DNA of 36,841 nt from Catajapyx aquilonaris (taxonomy: Eukaryota), in the NCBI GenBank assembly GCA_000934665.2, contig KZ539005.1:1-36841 (forward strand), given 5' to 3'. Of the stretch, positions 1 to 11,097 are shown in pieces. The notes under the pieces were generated by a model that did not search any database, was not told where the DNA came from, and saw only the letters and a list, made by a program, of their open reading frames with translations. The first letter of the stretch is position 1. The number at the start of each line of letters is the position of its first letter. The translations under genes and the position numbers were made by a program.

Positions 1-894
1 GTTTAGAGCTTGTTTACATGGGTCATGATTGGTCCGCGGCGTCAACGCAACCAAAAACCAAAACCGTCGACGGCCTGTGTGTATGGGCCTTAAGGCGAGT
101 TTTTGCATGACTATTGTCTGTAAAACTGAACTTACATCTTTTCAGGATAATACCATGGACGAAGCCGGAACCACAGGGTCGGAAAACTGAGAGTGGAAGC
201 CTACTCTTGCTTCAGCATTGTAATGAAGAACCAGCGCATCTTGCATAATGAAGAGGAAGAGGAGAGAAAAAAAAGAGTGCTGTTGTCCGTTCTCATCTGA
301 AATGCTACTATCTCTTGAACCCTTTTTGATTCACTTGATAATTATTATCCACCTGTTGATCTCAGTCTGTCGTGTGTGTTGTGTCAAGTAGGTCAACTAC
401 ATCTCACTGCTGGTCAACCTACATCTTTCCTTACAGTCAGTCTGGAGCAAATTCGTGTCATTTTGTTTCCCTTGGTCAGACATGTTCTATTCCTGTCGTG
501 TCCCAACAGAGTTGAAAAACTACAGTAAATAAATATTTCAACAGATTATACCAGTTGAGATATTAATTTCATGCCTTATGACTAGGGGGGAAGTTCTTTT
601 GAGGCCCTCGAAGGCTATATACTCATATTTTTTTTCTTTAAAGTTCCAGTTCACTTCATCACACCCTCTAATATTCGAATACATAACACTTATTCCAAAC
701 CAATTGAGTCAAAGTGGCATCTCGTCCAATGTCATCCAAAAATATTTCGTGTAATATATCTCATTCAACAGACCGGTCCTATTGGTCCAAAGACATTACA
801 TCAGAAGGTTTTCTCATCAAATAACTTACATCTTTTGTCCAAAATACACTTTGTCCAAAATTCCATCCTAGCAATAAACATAACAGCAAGAAAA

Positions 895-1146
895 ATATTA
901 TTTACCCATGAAGGCCATGCCCATGATCTATAATCAGTGCTGCTAATTGGGCCTTTTGTCTCTGGATGGCTGGAATGTTTTGGACGTAGTGGCTTTGGCA
1001 TGAAAGTACAGTATTGGACAAGGTATGTGTTTGGACGAAAATTGATGCCAAAGCCACTACGTCCAAAACATTCCATCCAGAGACAAAAGGCCCAATTGCA
1101 GCACTGATTATAGATCATAGGCATGGCCTTCATGGGTAAATAATAT
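895..1146. repeat. Inverted repeat (arms ~895-1001 and 1045-1146), part of a DNA-transposon remnant
   Basis: ATTATTTACCCATGAAGGCCATGCC... versus ...GGCATGGCCTTCATGGGTAAATAAT; recurring GTCCAAAA/TTTTGGAC motifs from about 720. Confidence 0.8.
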
Positions 1147-1179
1147 CGATGATACAATCTTCCTTCAAAATTTTACATT

Positions 1180-1660
1180 CCTTCAATATTCTAGTGAAAC
1201 TTGGGACGAGTACCTGGAGAGAGCAGAGTTCTATTTTACTGCTAACAAAACCAGAGAGGGAGAGAAACTGGCTGTTCTGCTGAGTATACCGTGGGACCTT
1301 CTACTTTCCGTACCGTACGTGCAGTGGTAGCTCCGAAGAAACTGTCTGACATGTCTTACAATGATGTCAGAGCTGCAGTGGAAGTCCACTTCAACCCCAC
1401 ACCGTCAGAGATTATCAGCGATGTAAGTTTCATCGTCGACTGCAGCAGCCAGAACAATCTGTCAGTGAGTACGTGAACGACCTATACGTAGACTAACGGA
1501 ACACTGCAACTTCTCGGACATAAGTGATCGACTGAAAGATCAGCTTGTGGTGGGCATTGCGGATGAGAAGATTCAGCATATTAAGTTGCTGGAGGAGACT
1601 ACTCTCACTTTCGACATGGCACACAAGATCGCTGTTGCTACAGAAACAGCAGAGTAGGAT
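1180..1660 (+). pseudogene. Decayed Ty3/Gypsy (Mag-like) LTR retrotransposon gag fragment
   Basis: Across frameshifts: ETWDEYLERAEFYFTAN..EKLAVLLS..G..APKKLSDMSY..HFNPTPSEII/QRCKFHRRLQQPEQSVSEYV..EHCNF..LKDQLVVGIADEKIQ..LLEETTLTF..AVATETAE*, the typical Gypsy gag pattern. Confidence 0.85.
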
Positions 1661-1710
1661 TCTGCTTCTCTGCCTGTCAAAGAGGTGTGCAGGGTCGAAG
1701 TAAAAATACC

Positions 1711-2005
1711 TTTGGAGGATGGGAAGGGACTAACAACACAAAAAAAAATTAGAACCTCAAACAATATGTCATTTTATGATTATGATGATGAATTGATGAG
1801 TAACAATATCTTTGGACTTTGAAGGATGGGAAGGGACTAACAACACAAAAAAATTAGAACCTCAAACAATATGTCATTTATGCATGATTATGATGAATAT
1901 GAGTAACAATATCTTTGGACTTTGGAGGATGGGAAGGGACTAACAACACAAAAAAAATTAGAACCTCAAACAATATGTCATTTTATGATTATGATGATGA
2001 TGATG
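1711..2005. repeat. Tandem repeat, ~105-bp unit, ~2.8 copies
   Basis: Units start at 1711, 1818 and 1921 (TTTG(G/A)AGGATGGGAAGGGACTAACAACAC...). Confidence 0.92.
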
Positions 2006-3694
2006 AAGAAGAAGACGTTAAATACACTAAACTGAACAGTTGAGTCAAAGTTATAAGTGATCAAGACAGACATTAAATTAAACATTAGATTTAAAAATCA
2101 CGCTTGCAGGCTTGCTGAATTATTTTTTTTACTGGGGGAAAAAAAATCCTCTACTCGGTACTATCAACCATCGCGTGAGCCTGAGCCCGAATCTTGAACT
2201 CATATTCTCCTGGGCAGTCGCTGTGGGAGAAATAAACCATGAATCATATAGCCTACTGTAACATGAAGCTTCTATAAAATTGTCAGTTGGTTATGGGACA
2301 TTAATATGTACGTAATGGTCTCAATATGAATGCAATATGAATGAAGGTAGATGGAAATACTGTAACTCTGAAAGTGACCCTGATTTTTCCAATAGTTTCA
2401 CAGTGTTTGGTTACTAGATTGGGACAGCAGCACCTGTTTTGTCTGCTACCATCATGGAGATATAACATGCATTCTCTTGGTAATGAAACATAAACCTGTA
2501 TTCAGCAGGACTAAACTATCAAGAAGTAGTGCATGCCCCATTTGTCATCACAGACACTTAAAGCACCATTTTTCTACACTATCTTCAGTGTTGAGGTCAA
2601 AAATATTATATAATATATACTGACACATCAAGTTGCGAGAAAAAGTAGTGCACAGTAATGAGTACCTTCCTATAAAATCCTCCAGCATCTTGCATCGGTA
2701 AAATAATATGCGCCATACGAATACATATTATTATGCAAGTACCTTATAGTGTGGACTCCATACCGTAGTCTCACTCACTCTCCCTCCATCATTCCTTACC
2801 CCAATTTTTCAGCATGATAGTAGCACATGCCTCAATGACCGCCAACAAGAGCTAATAATACATACGTTATTAGCTCTTGTATAGCCAATCAATTGATCGC
2901 CAATCAGATGATCGATTTGCAGCTGTGCACAATAATTTTCAGACAAGTTTTAGCTAGTAATATCAGAAGCAGAAGGGAAACACAATTTTTTCCTGTCTGG
3001 TCATGGCATTGATAAAATCGAGGTTTCGAACCAGAATCTTTCTCATTCTTTAAACGTCATTCAAATCAAAGCAAGAGAAAATAATTGGAAGATGCAAAAA
3101 TTTAAGGAATTTTTTTGCAGCTACAGGTTAGGTCATGCTCGATTATTAGGGTCACATATTTATTACTCACTAAAACTGACGTTTTTAATGACACTGATGA
3201 TTGGGACATACTCGAGTTAGTTTCAGCCAAGAAAAACACAGGCTCGACTTCATGGCTTGTTAGCTCCTGCCTCCCTCGTAACGGTACCAATGCTATTCTG
3301 TGCATGAGTCTCTCTGCTTAGCCGTGCCTGTTGCCTTGGCTGGGCTGCCACAGAAATAGGTTCTCCCTCCCTTCCAAACTATATAAAGTGGGTAAAAGTG
3401 CCTTCTCCACCCCTTCCCCTGAGCTCTAGACTGACTTTCCTGCCTGGGCCTTCCTCCTCCCCACCAAAACTACCACCTGACATGAAGACAGAGCAAGAAA
3501 TGCCCATGCTTTCCTTGGCAAATCTCGCCATATGCCATAGTGACAGTAAGTAATATCATTGCATACAGCTGACTGTGCCCTGCTCTTCTCATTGTTCTTC
3601 CCTCAAATAGACTTGTACTACAATTTGACAACCTTTTCAAGTGGAGTAGTATTTCAAATGCCCAGCATCACTGCACCTTCAGAATCTGAATTAA

Positions 3695-3969
3695 CCATGG
3701 AACCGTGACGTGGGGTCTTTTAGGACCCCAAAGGAATTAAAATGCATTAAAATGATAATTACAATGAACTTTTGCCATTTAAAAAAGTATATAACAGGAA
3801 GTGCATGTTTATTTTGCATTAGCGATCATTTTAGGCATTGTTCAAAGAATGATTGCATACCGTGAAAATACACTGAAAAGTATCATATTTAAAAAAATTT
3901 AAAATATGGATGGGGTCCTAAAAGACAGTCACGGTTGCCGTAACTTTCAGGCACGTCACGGTTCCAGGG
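3695..3969. mobile_element. piggyBac-type MITE
   Basis: TTAA on both sides (3691-3694, 3970-3973); 18-bp TIR CCATGGAACCGTGACGTG / CACGTCACGGTTCCAGGG with 1 mismatch. Confidence 0.85.
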
Positions 3970-4142
3970 TTAATATCAGTTTAGTGAATAATTGTATGTG
4001 ACTAACTGTGATTTTCTCACATCTCCTGAACCTGACAGGAAGCAGGCTTCCGGTCGTATTAGCTACAATGACCAATAAAAACTACTCTGAAAACGACAGA
4101 ATTCATCCTGGCAGGGGTCCTTTCAAATACAATAATAACCTT

Positions 4143-4980
4143 TCAGTTCTGACTGAAAGGCAGATTCATAACTAAACTCACTATTTCTTAATATTCCAAG
4201 CATATTACAAACAGCGTGTTAGTACATACCGAAACATCCTATGAGCCCGTAACTGTGCTGGGGCGGTGGGATTAGGGTGAGCAAGCAGGTCCTGCAGATG
4301 GAGAAGGATGTGCTTCACTCCAAGTATGGGCCTCCAGTTCCTCTCCATCACCGATATGCACACGTTTCCTGATGGGTACACGTTGGGATGGAATACGGGG
4401 GGATCGAAAGTGCACTTGGGAGGAGTATATGGATAACTCTCCTTGAAGGTCAAGCGGAGTTTGTACAACCCACCTTCCCAAGTAGACTGCAAGGTGGAAA
4501 TAAAAAAAAATAACTATGAATGATATCTTTTTCTTACACATAAAAATCCACTTGGTGAAACTCAACAGAGTGTGTGGGATATTATGTTCGATTTTTAAAA
4601 GCTCAGCTTGTCGATCAAGTTCAGTGTCCCTGTAAGGGTAACGGCTACCTCAGTTATATTGAACTTGATCCACCCCTCTGAACTAAAAGAGTTTCAACAA
4701 TCCATCAAGTGATGACGATTGTGTCCATGGCTTTCCAGATATAACACTTACATTCTTCTTCCCGGGGATAGCGCATTCCCAGTTCAACATGTTCCAAGTA
4801 CCATCGGGGTTCTTGGTTGGACGGGCCACGAAACCCTGTGAAGGATTAATTACTATTAATGCTAGTTGCTAAGAGGTTAACTAAAATGGCACAGAAACAA
4901 AAACACCTTACAAAAGGATGCTCCTTCCTCCACACACTCCTCTCTCGCGCTAGACATGCGAGAGCTGTTATAGATGGCAT
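4143..4980 (-). CDS. ubc9: Divergent SUMO-conjugating enzyme Ubc9-like protein, 4 exons, ~139 aa, C-terminally truncated (functional paralog or young pseudogene)
   Basis: complement(join(4143-4152,4230-4486,4752-4835,4912-4980)): [61 protein letters not shown]...[12 protein letters not shown]...[13 protein letters not shown]. Collinear with Ubc9 ([36 protein letters not shown]). All introns GT-AG, no frameshift. The last exon is the least certain. Confidence 0.85.
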
Positions 4981-7035
4981 CTTGTGGAAAGCCTACAAAA
5001 TAATTTATGCAAGGTCAACCAACAAGAAGGGATACAGTTAAGTTCTTTCAATAGTTGTGCATTACATAGCTATACAGGAGTCAGAAAACAGTTTGGTTAC
5101 TGTCAGTTAAAGTAAATGCTGCATTTCTCACATCTTGATGGTTGTCTCCAACTACTGCGTTGCACAGGCGTTGCAATTAGACCAATTTTGGTTGCTCTCC
5201 ACAGCTGTCCAATTTCAGGACAGGGGCACACTTTTCCATAATAAACATCTATTTTTGTCCACATAATATGATCACCGGTGAGGACACTGGACCTTAACAT
5301 TAAAAGTGCAGGCTAGAAATTAGGTTCTGATTCTACAAACAATTCCCATTATATACTGTACAGTACTTGCTTACATGTCTGTGCTCTCCCCAGTTTGTAA
5401 TCTGGCTGCCAACATGCAATTTTTAGTTGTGAAAATAATAAGTGGTCCCCCTCACCAATGTTAATGTCATCATCATCATCCTCTTTGCACCTCATCACTC
5501 CTTCCCTTTTTGTGGGACCAAATCATATTACATTTAAAGTTCATTTGTGTGCATCAAATTCTGTGACAAATTCTTTGCTCAGGATGATCCACTACTGAAC
5601 TATGAAAGGGTCTCTTATTTGACAACACATTTCTTATTATTCACATAATTATATTAATCAAACTCCCAAATGAATTGTATATCTCTATCCCTCTGCCTAG
5701 TAACACTTAAAAATAATAATAATGGTCTGAGCATGGAGCATGTAACTTGGTACTGTTGAAGCCATGTTCCCACTGTTCAAGCCTCCCTCTTTCCTTGCAT
5801 CATATCCACTAACTGTTTGTCAGACTGAACATGTTGGCTACACTATTTATATGAAATACTGGTCCCTGTACAGCTTTGTTCAGGCCAAAATAGGTCAATG
5901 CTCATGTGTTCGAAGCTATCACTCCCTCGACCACACGGAATCTTCATATACTCTCAGACATAGAGCCTCAGCGTACATGTATGCCCAATGAATATGCATA
6001 TTCACAAAATACAGTAATGTTTCATTAATTCAAATTAGATTTCTTTGTAAGTTCCAATGTGGAGAATGAGTATTCAGCTTGTACAAAATGAATAACTTAC
6101 TGTCAAAAAAATGAAATAAATGATATTTGGCTGCACAAAACAGGAGCTTTGAAAAAAGAGTACAATGTTTGATCATGCAGCAAAAGTGACATCTGTCCTG
6201 GAACACTCATGTGGATTCCCATTACATTACCTTTCACACATTCCTATTTCTCTTGTTATTGTCATTTATTTTATCTCATGTTCTTTCTTGTTATTCACCT
6301 GCATGTTCATCAAGAGTCTTCTGGGCTCTGGAGCATTATAGTTCAACCAAGCCATGGATTACTATAAGTTAGTTGTCCCCCTTCCCTTTTACATTGCCAA
6401 CCATTACTGAATGCATCACAGTCATGATCTGGCAGTACAGTCAAAGCCAAGGAATATGCATGTGGGAAAATAGTAAATGCCACAAAAGCTTGAGAAACCT
6501 TGAATATGGAAAGCAATGCTGTGATTATGTCCCATACATACATGGAAATCATACCTTTGTCTTAATTTGCATAATTGCATTGCTGTAGTACTTTTCACTG
6601 CCCCCCTTTGTTGTTGACTCTGCACTTGCTGCATGCAGAAAAGGTACCTGACATCATAAGCAGCCTTAATTTGTCAATTACATTGTAGGTATTGAAGTAT
6701 TGTTGAAAGTCATTGTTGCCATTGTGGCATCAATAATACCCTCCTTTGTTTGCAACAACTTTAGTATCAGCTTTTTAAAACAAAATTTTGAGTATGCACC
6801 CACAGTGGTATGTGAGATTATAACAGCAAGACCATTGTACTGTATACACTGCAACAGAGTGAAAAATACTAATGACCAGCTCAGGATCTAGTGTAAACCT
6901 GTATGTTGCAGGGGGCACTAACTTATCAATTTATGCTGAAGGTGTTAAAGCGAGGCAGTTATTCTTTTAAACAGGGGCACCATTATGTTTAACATAGAGC
7001 GCATGTAAATAATGCATTTACATGCTCTTCTTTTT

Positions 7036-7391
7036 CATAAACTGTGGTAAAACCTCCCGGAACAATTTACCCAACTTCCGGAACAGCACTTCGTAATATA
7101 CACGACAGGCTGCCGGTTTTACTTTCCCGTTTAGTCTCGAACGCTTTGAAAATGGAACAATCCTATTTTTTGAGCAGAAATGAATTCGGAAATTGCCGAC
7201 CCCTTTTTCAACACCGTACCCTATAAATTCTCACCCACGTACGACGTACCTTATCCAACAAGTACGATCTCAGGTCGGCAATAATCTGCCTCCGATTCAG
7301 GCCAGGTGATACTATACGATTCTCAATGCGGGGGACGGTGTATAGCGACCTTCCTTTCTGAACGAAACACTCTCCTCTTCCGTATGAAGGT
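7036..7391. repeat. Local duplication, near-identical to 11908-12261
   Basis: Direct repeat; the ORF-track peptides at 7044 and 11916 are nearly identical. Confidence 0.95.
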
Positions 7392-7394
7392 GAA

Positions 7395-7843
7395 AAAAAA
7401 ATATATATTTTTTAAAAAAACCTTTTAAGAACACGCTTTATATTTCCAAGTGCACTAAAAAGTAGAAAATATCTTCTTCCTCAATCTACAGCTTTCTCTT
7501 TTACCTTGAACTGAACAGTAGATTCATGACTTTCTTTCCATGGAATTCAGCTGCTGCAGTATTGTCTTGCTTTACTTATATTCTTATACGGCCTACATGG
7601 CGAAAAATAAAGCGTGGGCACTAATGACACATTGCCTACATCCATGAATGAAATATAACCATGTACAGTATTAATGGTAAAATGTTAGTGCCCACGCTTT
7701 ATTTTTCGTCGTGTAGGCCGTATAAGAATATAGCCTAAGTAAAGCAAGACAATACTGCAGCAGCTGAATTCCATGGAAAGAAAGTCATGAATCTATACTG
7801 TTCAGTTCAAGGTAAAAGAGAAAGCTGAAGATTGAGGAAGGAG
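7395..7843. mobile_element. Foldback/hairpin element, copy 1
   Basis: Arms about 7475-7624 and 7685-7843 are reverse complements. It is followed by a pogo/Tigger-like end GGGGTTTTACTGTA near 7895-7908. Confidence 0.8.
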
Positions 7844-8016
7844 TCCAGAAGTTAGTGTCCAAGAAGAAGTGTCCAACATGGAGGGGTGTCCAACGGGGTT
7901 TTACTGTATTTGAAGAAAAAAAAACTTCAACTTCCCCCCATACCTTGTAGAAATATTCACGTGTGATTGTTATTGATTTGAACAGGGATTTGTTACTAAT
8001 ATTTAAAATACATTAC

Positions 8017-8232
8017 CTTTCGGGGCCGTATGATCCATCCACAGAAAAGGACTGTCATCGTGAGTAACCATGTGACAAATGCACTGGAGATGTTGTACCC
8101 AAACAACCCCAGCAGCAATATCCCAACGATGAACATGGCTACGAAAAACAACTTCATAGCTTTCAGCGTGTCATTGTATGCAGGAAAAAATCCCATCTCC
8201 TGGAAATAACGGCAGAAGTAAATCACTGACAT
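8017..8232 (-). CDS. Putative first coding exon of an unknown membrane protein (two hydrophobic segments)
   Basis: 72 codons, MSVIYF...LFFVAMFIVGILLLGLFG...AFVTWLLTMTVLFCGWII RPRK. Donor AAG|GTAATG at 8016. Upstream 76-nt GTAAGT...TAG intron (8314-8239) ends 6 nt before the ATG. No family recognised. Confidence 0.45.
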
Positions 8233-8904
8233 CTCAGGCTACATTTAGGAACACAATTATTCTTGAAATTAAATGATTTATTAACTTTTTCAAAATTCTC
8301 TTTTTAAGACTTACTTATTGTCATCAGACACCGTATCGCCACATTATTTCAAATAGATCAGCTGAAACAATTGTATTATGCGGCTTACATAACAAATATC
8401 TATATATTTTGCTAATCAAGTTAGCCGAAACAGAATCAAAGCGAATTAAATGATATTATCAGAATTCAGTTTCGCTGTGCTGATTTAATGTTTAATGTAC
8501 GACGTATAATTATATTCATGATGTTCTACAGTGTATCACATTGAGAGAACGACAATATATTTTAAAATTGTGCTGGCTTAATGAAATTTAATGAACGCGC
8601 TTCATATTCTGACACAATTATGCGTTTCATGAGGCCCAAGGTGCTTAGTCCAATATGGTACAAGAAATATTTTTATGAAGCTGGGCTAGGTGTTAACTTT
8701 TACCACTTTTACCATTACTGTACCATTACTAACTTAACTAGGCCTATATACTAGCTTTGACCATGAGTGGGGACTCGGGAGTGTCGGGACGTTTTAAAGT
8801 GAAAAAATTGCCCTAATGGTCAAATATTTTTTGTAACTAAGTTGTTTTCTTTTGCCCAATTTCTTCTAATAGTTATCAGAAATATCTACTGTTAGAATCA
8901 GGCT

Positions 8905-9415
8905 AAAAATATATATATAAAAAACCATTTTTAAGAACACGCTTTATATTTCCAAGTGCACTAAAAAGTAGAAAATAACTTCTTCCTCAATCTTCAGCTT
9001 TCTCTTTTACCTTGAACTGAACAGTAGATTCATTACTTTCTTTCCATGGAATTCAGCTGCTGCAGTATTGTCTTGCTTTACTTATATTCTTATACGGCCT
9101 ACACGACGAAAAATAAAGCGTGGGCACTAAAAATTTAATACTGTACATGGTTATATTTCATGCCATGGAAGTAGATAATGTGTCATTTAGTGCCCACGCT
9201 TTATTTTTCGTCATGTAGGCCGTATAAGAATATAAGTAAAGCAAGACAATACTGCAGCAGCTGAATTCCATGGAAAGAAAGTCATGAATCTACTGTTCAG
9301 TTCAAGGTAAAAGAGAAAGCTGAAGATTGAGGAAGAAATTATTTTCTGCTTTTTAGTGCACTTGGAAATACTATGTATAAAGCGTGTTCTTATAAAAAGG
9401 GTTTTTTATATATTT
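8905..9415. mobile_element. Foldback/hairpin element, copy 2, inverted relative to copy 1
   Basis: Arms about 8905-9130 and 9188-9415; the loop is the reverse complement of the copy 1 loop. Confidence 0.85.
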
Positions 9416-9609
9416 TTATTTTAACTGGTTTTTAGTGATAAAGTGGAAGGAATGACATGTATAGTAGCCCTACATGGGGAGTTAGGTGAATGGTGCTAGA
9501 GTGTGATTTGTAATATTTTCACTTTGTCACTAAAAAACAGTTTCGAGTATTTACTCCCGCCCTGTATTTTGGAGGAAGCGAACTGGATACTGAGAGCCAG
9601 TAACTCCGG

Positions 9610-10095
9610 TGACTGGCGTGGAGATTGCTAACAGCCCGACTCACGTGACTACTACCGCTAGTAGGTATGAAAGTTGCAAATTCACCCATCATGTGACTAC
9701 TACCGTCAGATGGTAGGGAGGTAGCGAACACACCCATTCACGTGACTGCCTCCAGATAATGGTGTGGAAGTGGCGGATGACACCCAAACGATGCGGTGGA
9801 AGACGAAGCGATCTCATAATCTAAAGTGACTACTAGGCCTACCGCCAAATGACGTTGAGGTTGCGAAGTGACCCCTAACGTTAATTGTGGAAGTTGCAAA
9901 TCCACCCACTCACGTGACTACTGCTGCTAGATGGCATGGAGGTTGCGAACACAGCCAATCCCGTGACGACTACCTCACTATGATGTGGTGGAAGTAGCGA
10001 CGGAGATGTGTAGCGATGTGACAAACTCACGTGACTACTGCCGCCATCTGGCGTTGATGTTGCAAAGTCACCCCTAACGTTAATGCCTACCGATA
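9610..10095. repeat. Degenerate tandem array, ~49-bp unit with CACGTGACTAC core
   Basis: GTGAC cores at 9645, 9693, 9742, 9826, 9914, 9963, 10031 (spacings 48, 49, 84, 88, 49, 68). Confidence 0.8.
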
Positions 10096-10162
10096 GAAGG
10101 TGGGGCAATGGCGAACAGAGGGGTGGACACACACACTTGAATCCGCTCACAGACAACCGTCG

Positions 10163-10409
10163 AAATCGAACACAACCTGGTTGATTGAACGCTTGGCCAA
10201 TGAGGTAGAAGCTTTCAGCAGATAAGAATGAAACTCCGCTTCTCATTGGCTGAGAGTCGCACGTCACCGATCTTTCAGAAATATCGATACATCGATACAT
10301 TTAGACAATCTGTGAATATATTGCACTTTTTTTTGCGGATCGTAATTACTAGAGGTGGTGCAGGGAGGGGGGAAGTGGGGGAGAGTGTTAAGTTATTAAA
10401 TATAATTAT
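10163..10409. repeat. Local duplication, near-identical to 12294-12551 (promoter-like block)
   Basis: AAATCGAACACAACCTGGTTG...AAGTTATTAAATATAATTAT in both copies. Confidence 0.95.
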
Positions 10410-10410
10410 G

Positions 10411-10626
10411 TGATGCTGGACATGTCTGGCCGATATTACCGAAAACTCTACGAAACCGAATTTGGTCTTTCACGCGCTAGAAGCCGAAGCGCAACCTTGT
10501 GCATGCACGTGGACCAGCCCGCCCGAGCCTGCCCGCCTTTCCGCGTGTATCCAATTCTAGCTCGTGAAAGACAAAATTCGGTCTCGTAGAGTTTTCACAA
10601 ATATCGGCCAGACATGTCCAGCATCA
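10411..10626. repeat. Hairpin (72-bp arms), probably the centre of a left-truncated MITE extending to ~10810
   Basis: TGATGCTGGACATGTCTGGCCGATATT... (10411-10482) versus ...AATATCGGCCAGACATGTCCAGCATCA (10555-10626). Confidence 0.8.
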
Positions 10627-11010
10627 TTTTAAGAGTCATTCAAAAAATCTCAAAAATGTCTGAGTTTGATAAAAATCAAAATCAAAATTGGAGAGCCAAT
10701 TTTTGACTTTTAATTTTTGATTCTCGTAATCGTAAGTATGGCCATCTCATACAGCGTTAAAATTGATTGCACAATATGAATCGGTGATTTTGAAACGGGC
10801 AATATTCCTTCTTTTTTTTTGTCAAAATGAACTGCTGATGCTGAAGAATTATCCAAGGTGATGAAGTATGTAGATTCAAACTACATCACCTTGTATGATG
10901 ATAACATGACTCGGCAGACTGACAGTGAGGAGAAAGAAAGTGACTCTGAAAAAGAGGACTGATAACACTGTGATCATCTCATGTTTGTACGAGTACGTTT
11001 CAAATCAAAT

Positions 11011-11016
11011 TATTAA

Positions 11017-11097
<81 letters not shown>

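Noticed and set aside
278..543. Solo LTR (purine tract, TG...CA, AATAAA)
   Set aside because: No second copy, TSD or PBS; equally consistent with a 3' UTR.
4143..4145. Selenocysteine or readthrough at the Ubc9-like TGA
   Set aside because: It aligns to Arg, not Cys; downstream codons are not Ubc9-like; no SECIS recognised.
5100..6640. Additional decayed minus-strand exons (weak short-chain dehydrogenase-like snippets)
   Set aside because: Several stops and incompatible phases; resemblance too weak to support without a search.
9610..10095. CRISPR-like repeat/spacer array
   Set aside because: Eukaryotic context, degenerate repeats, spacers similar to each other, no cas genes.
9519..10300. 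Minus-strand ORFs with repeated FATSxPxxGSSHV peptide (repeat protein?)
   Set aside because: Unit spacings are not consistently multiples of 3 and the frame breaks; a by-product of the DNA array.
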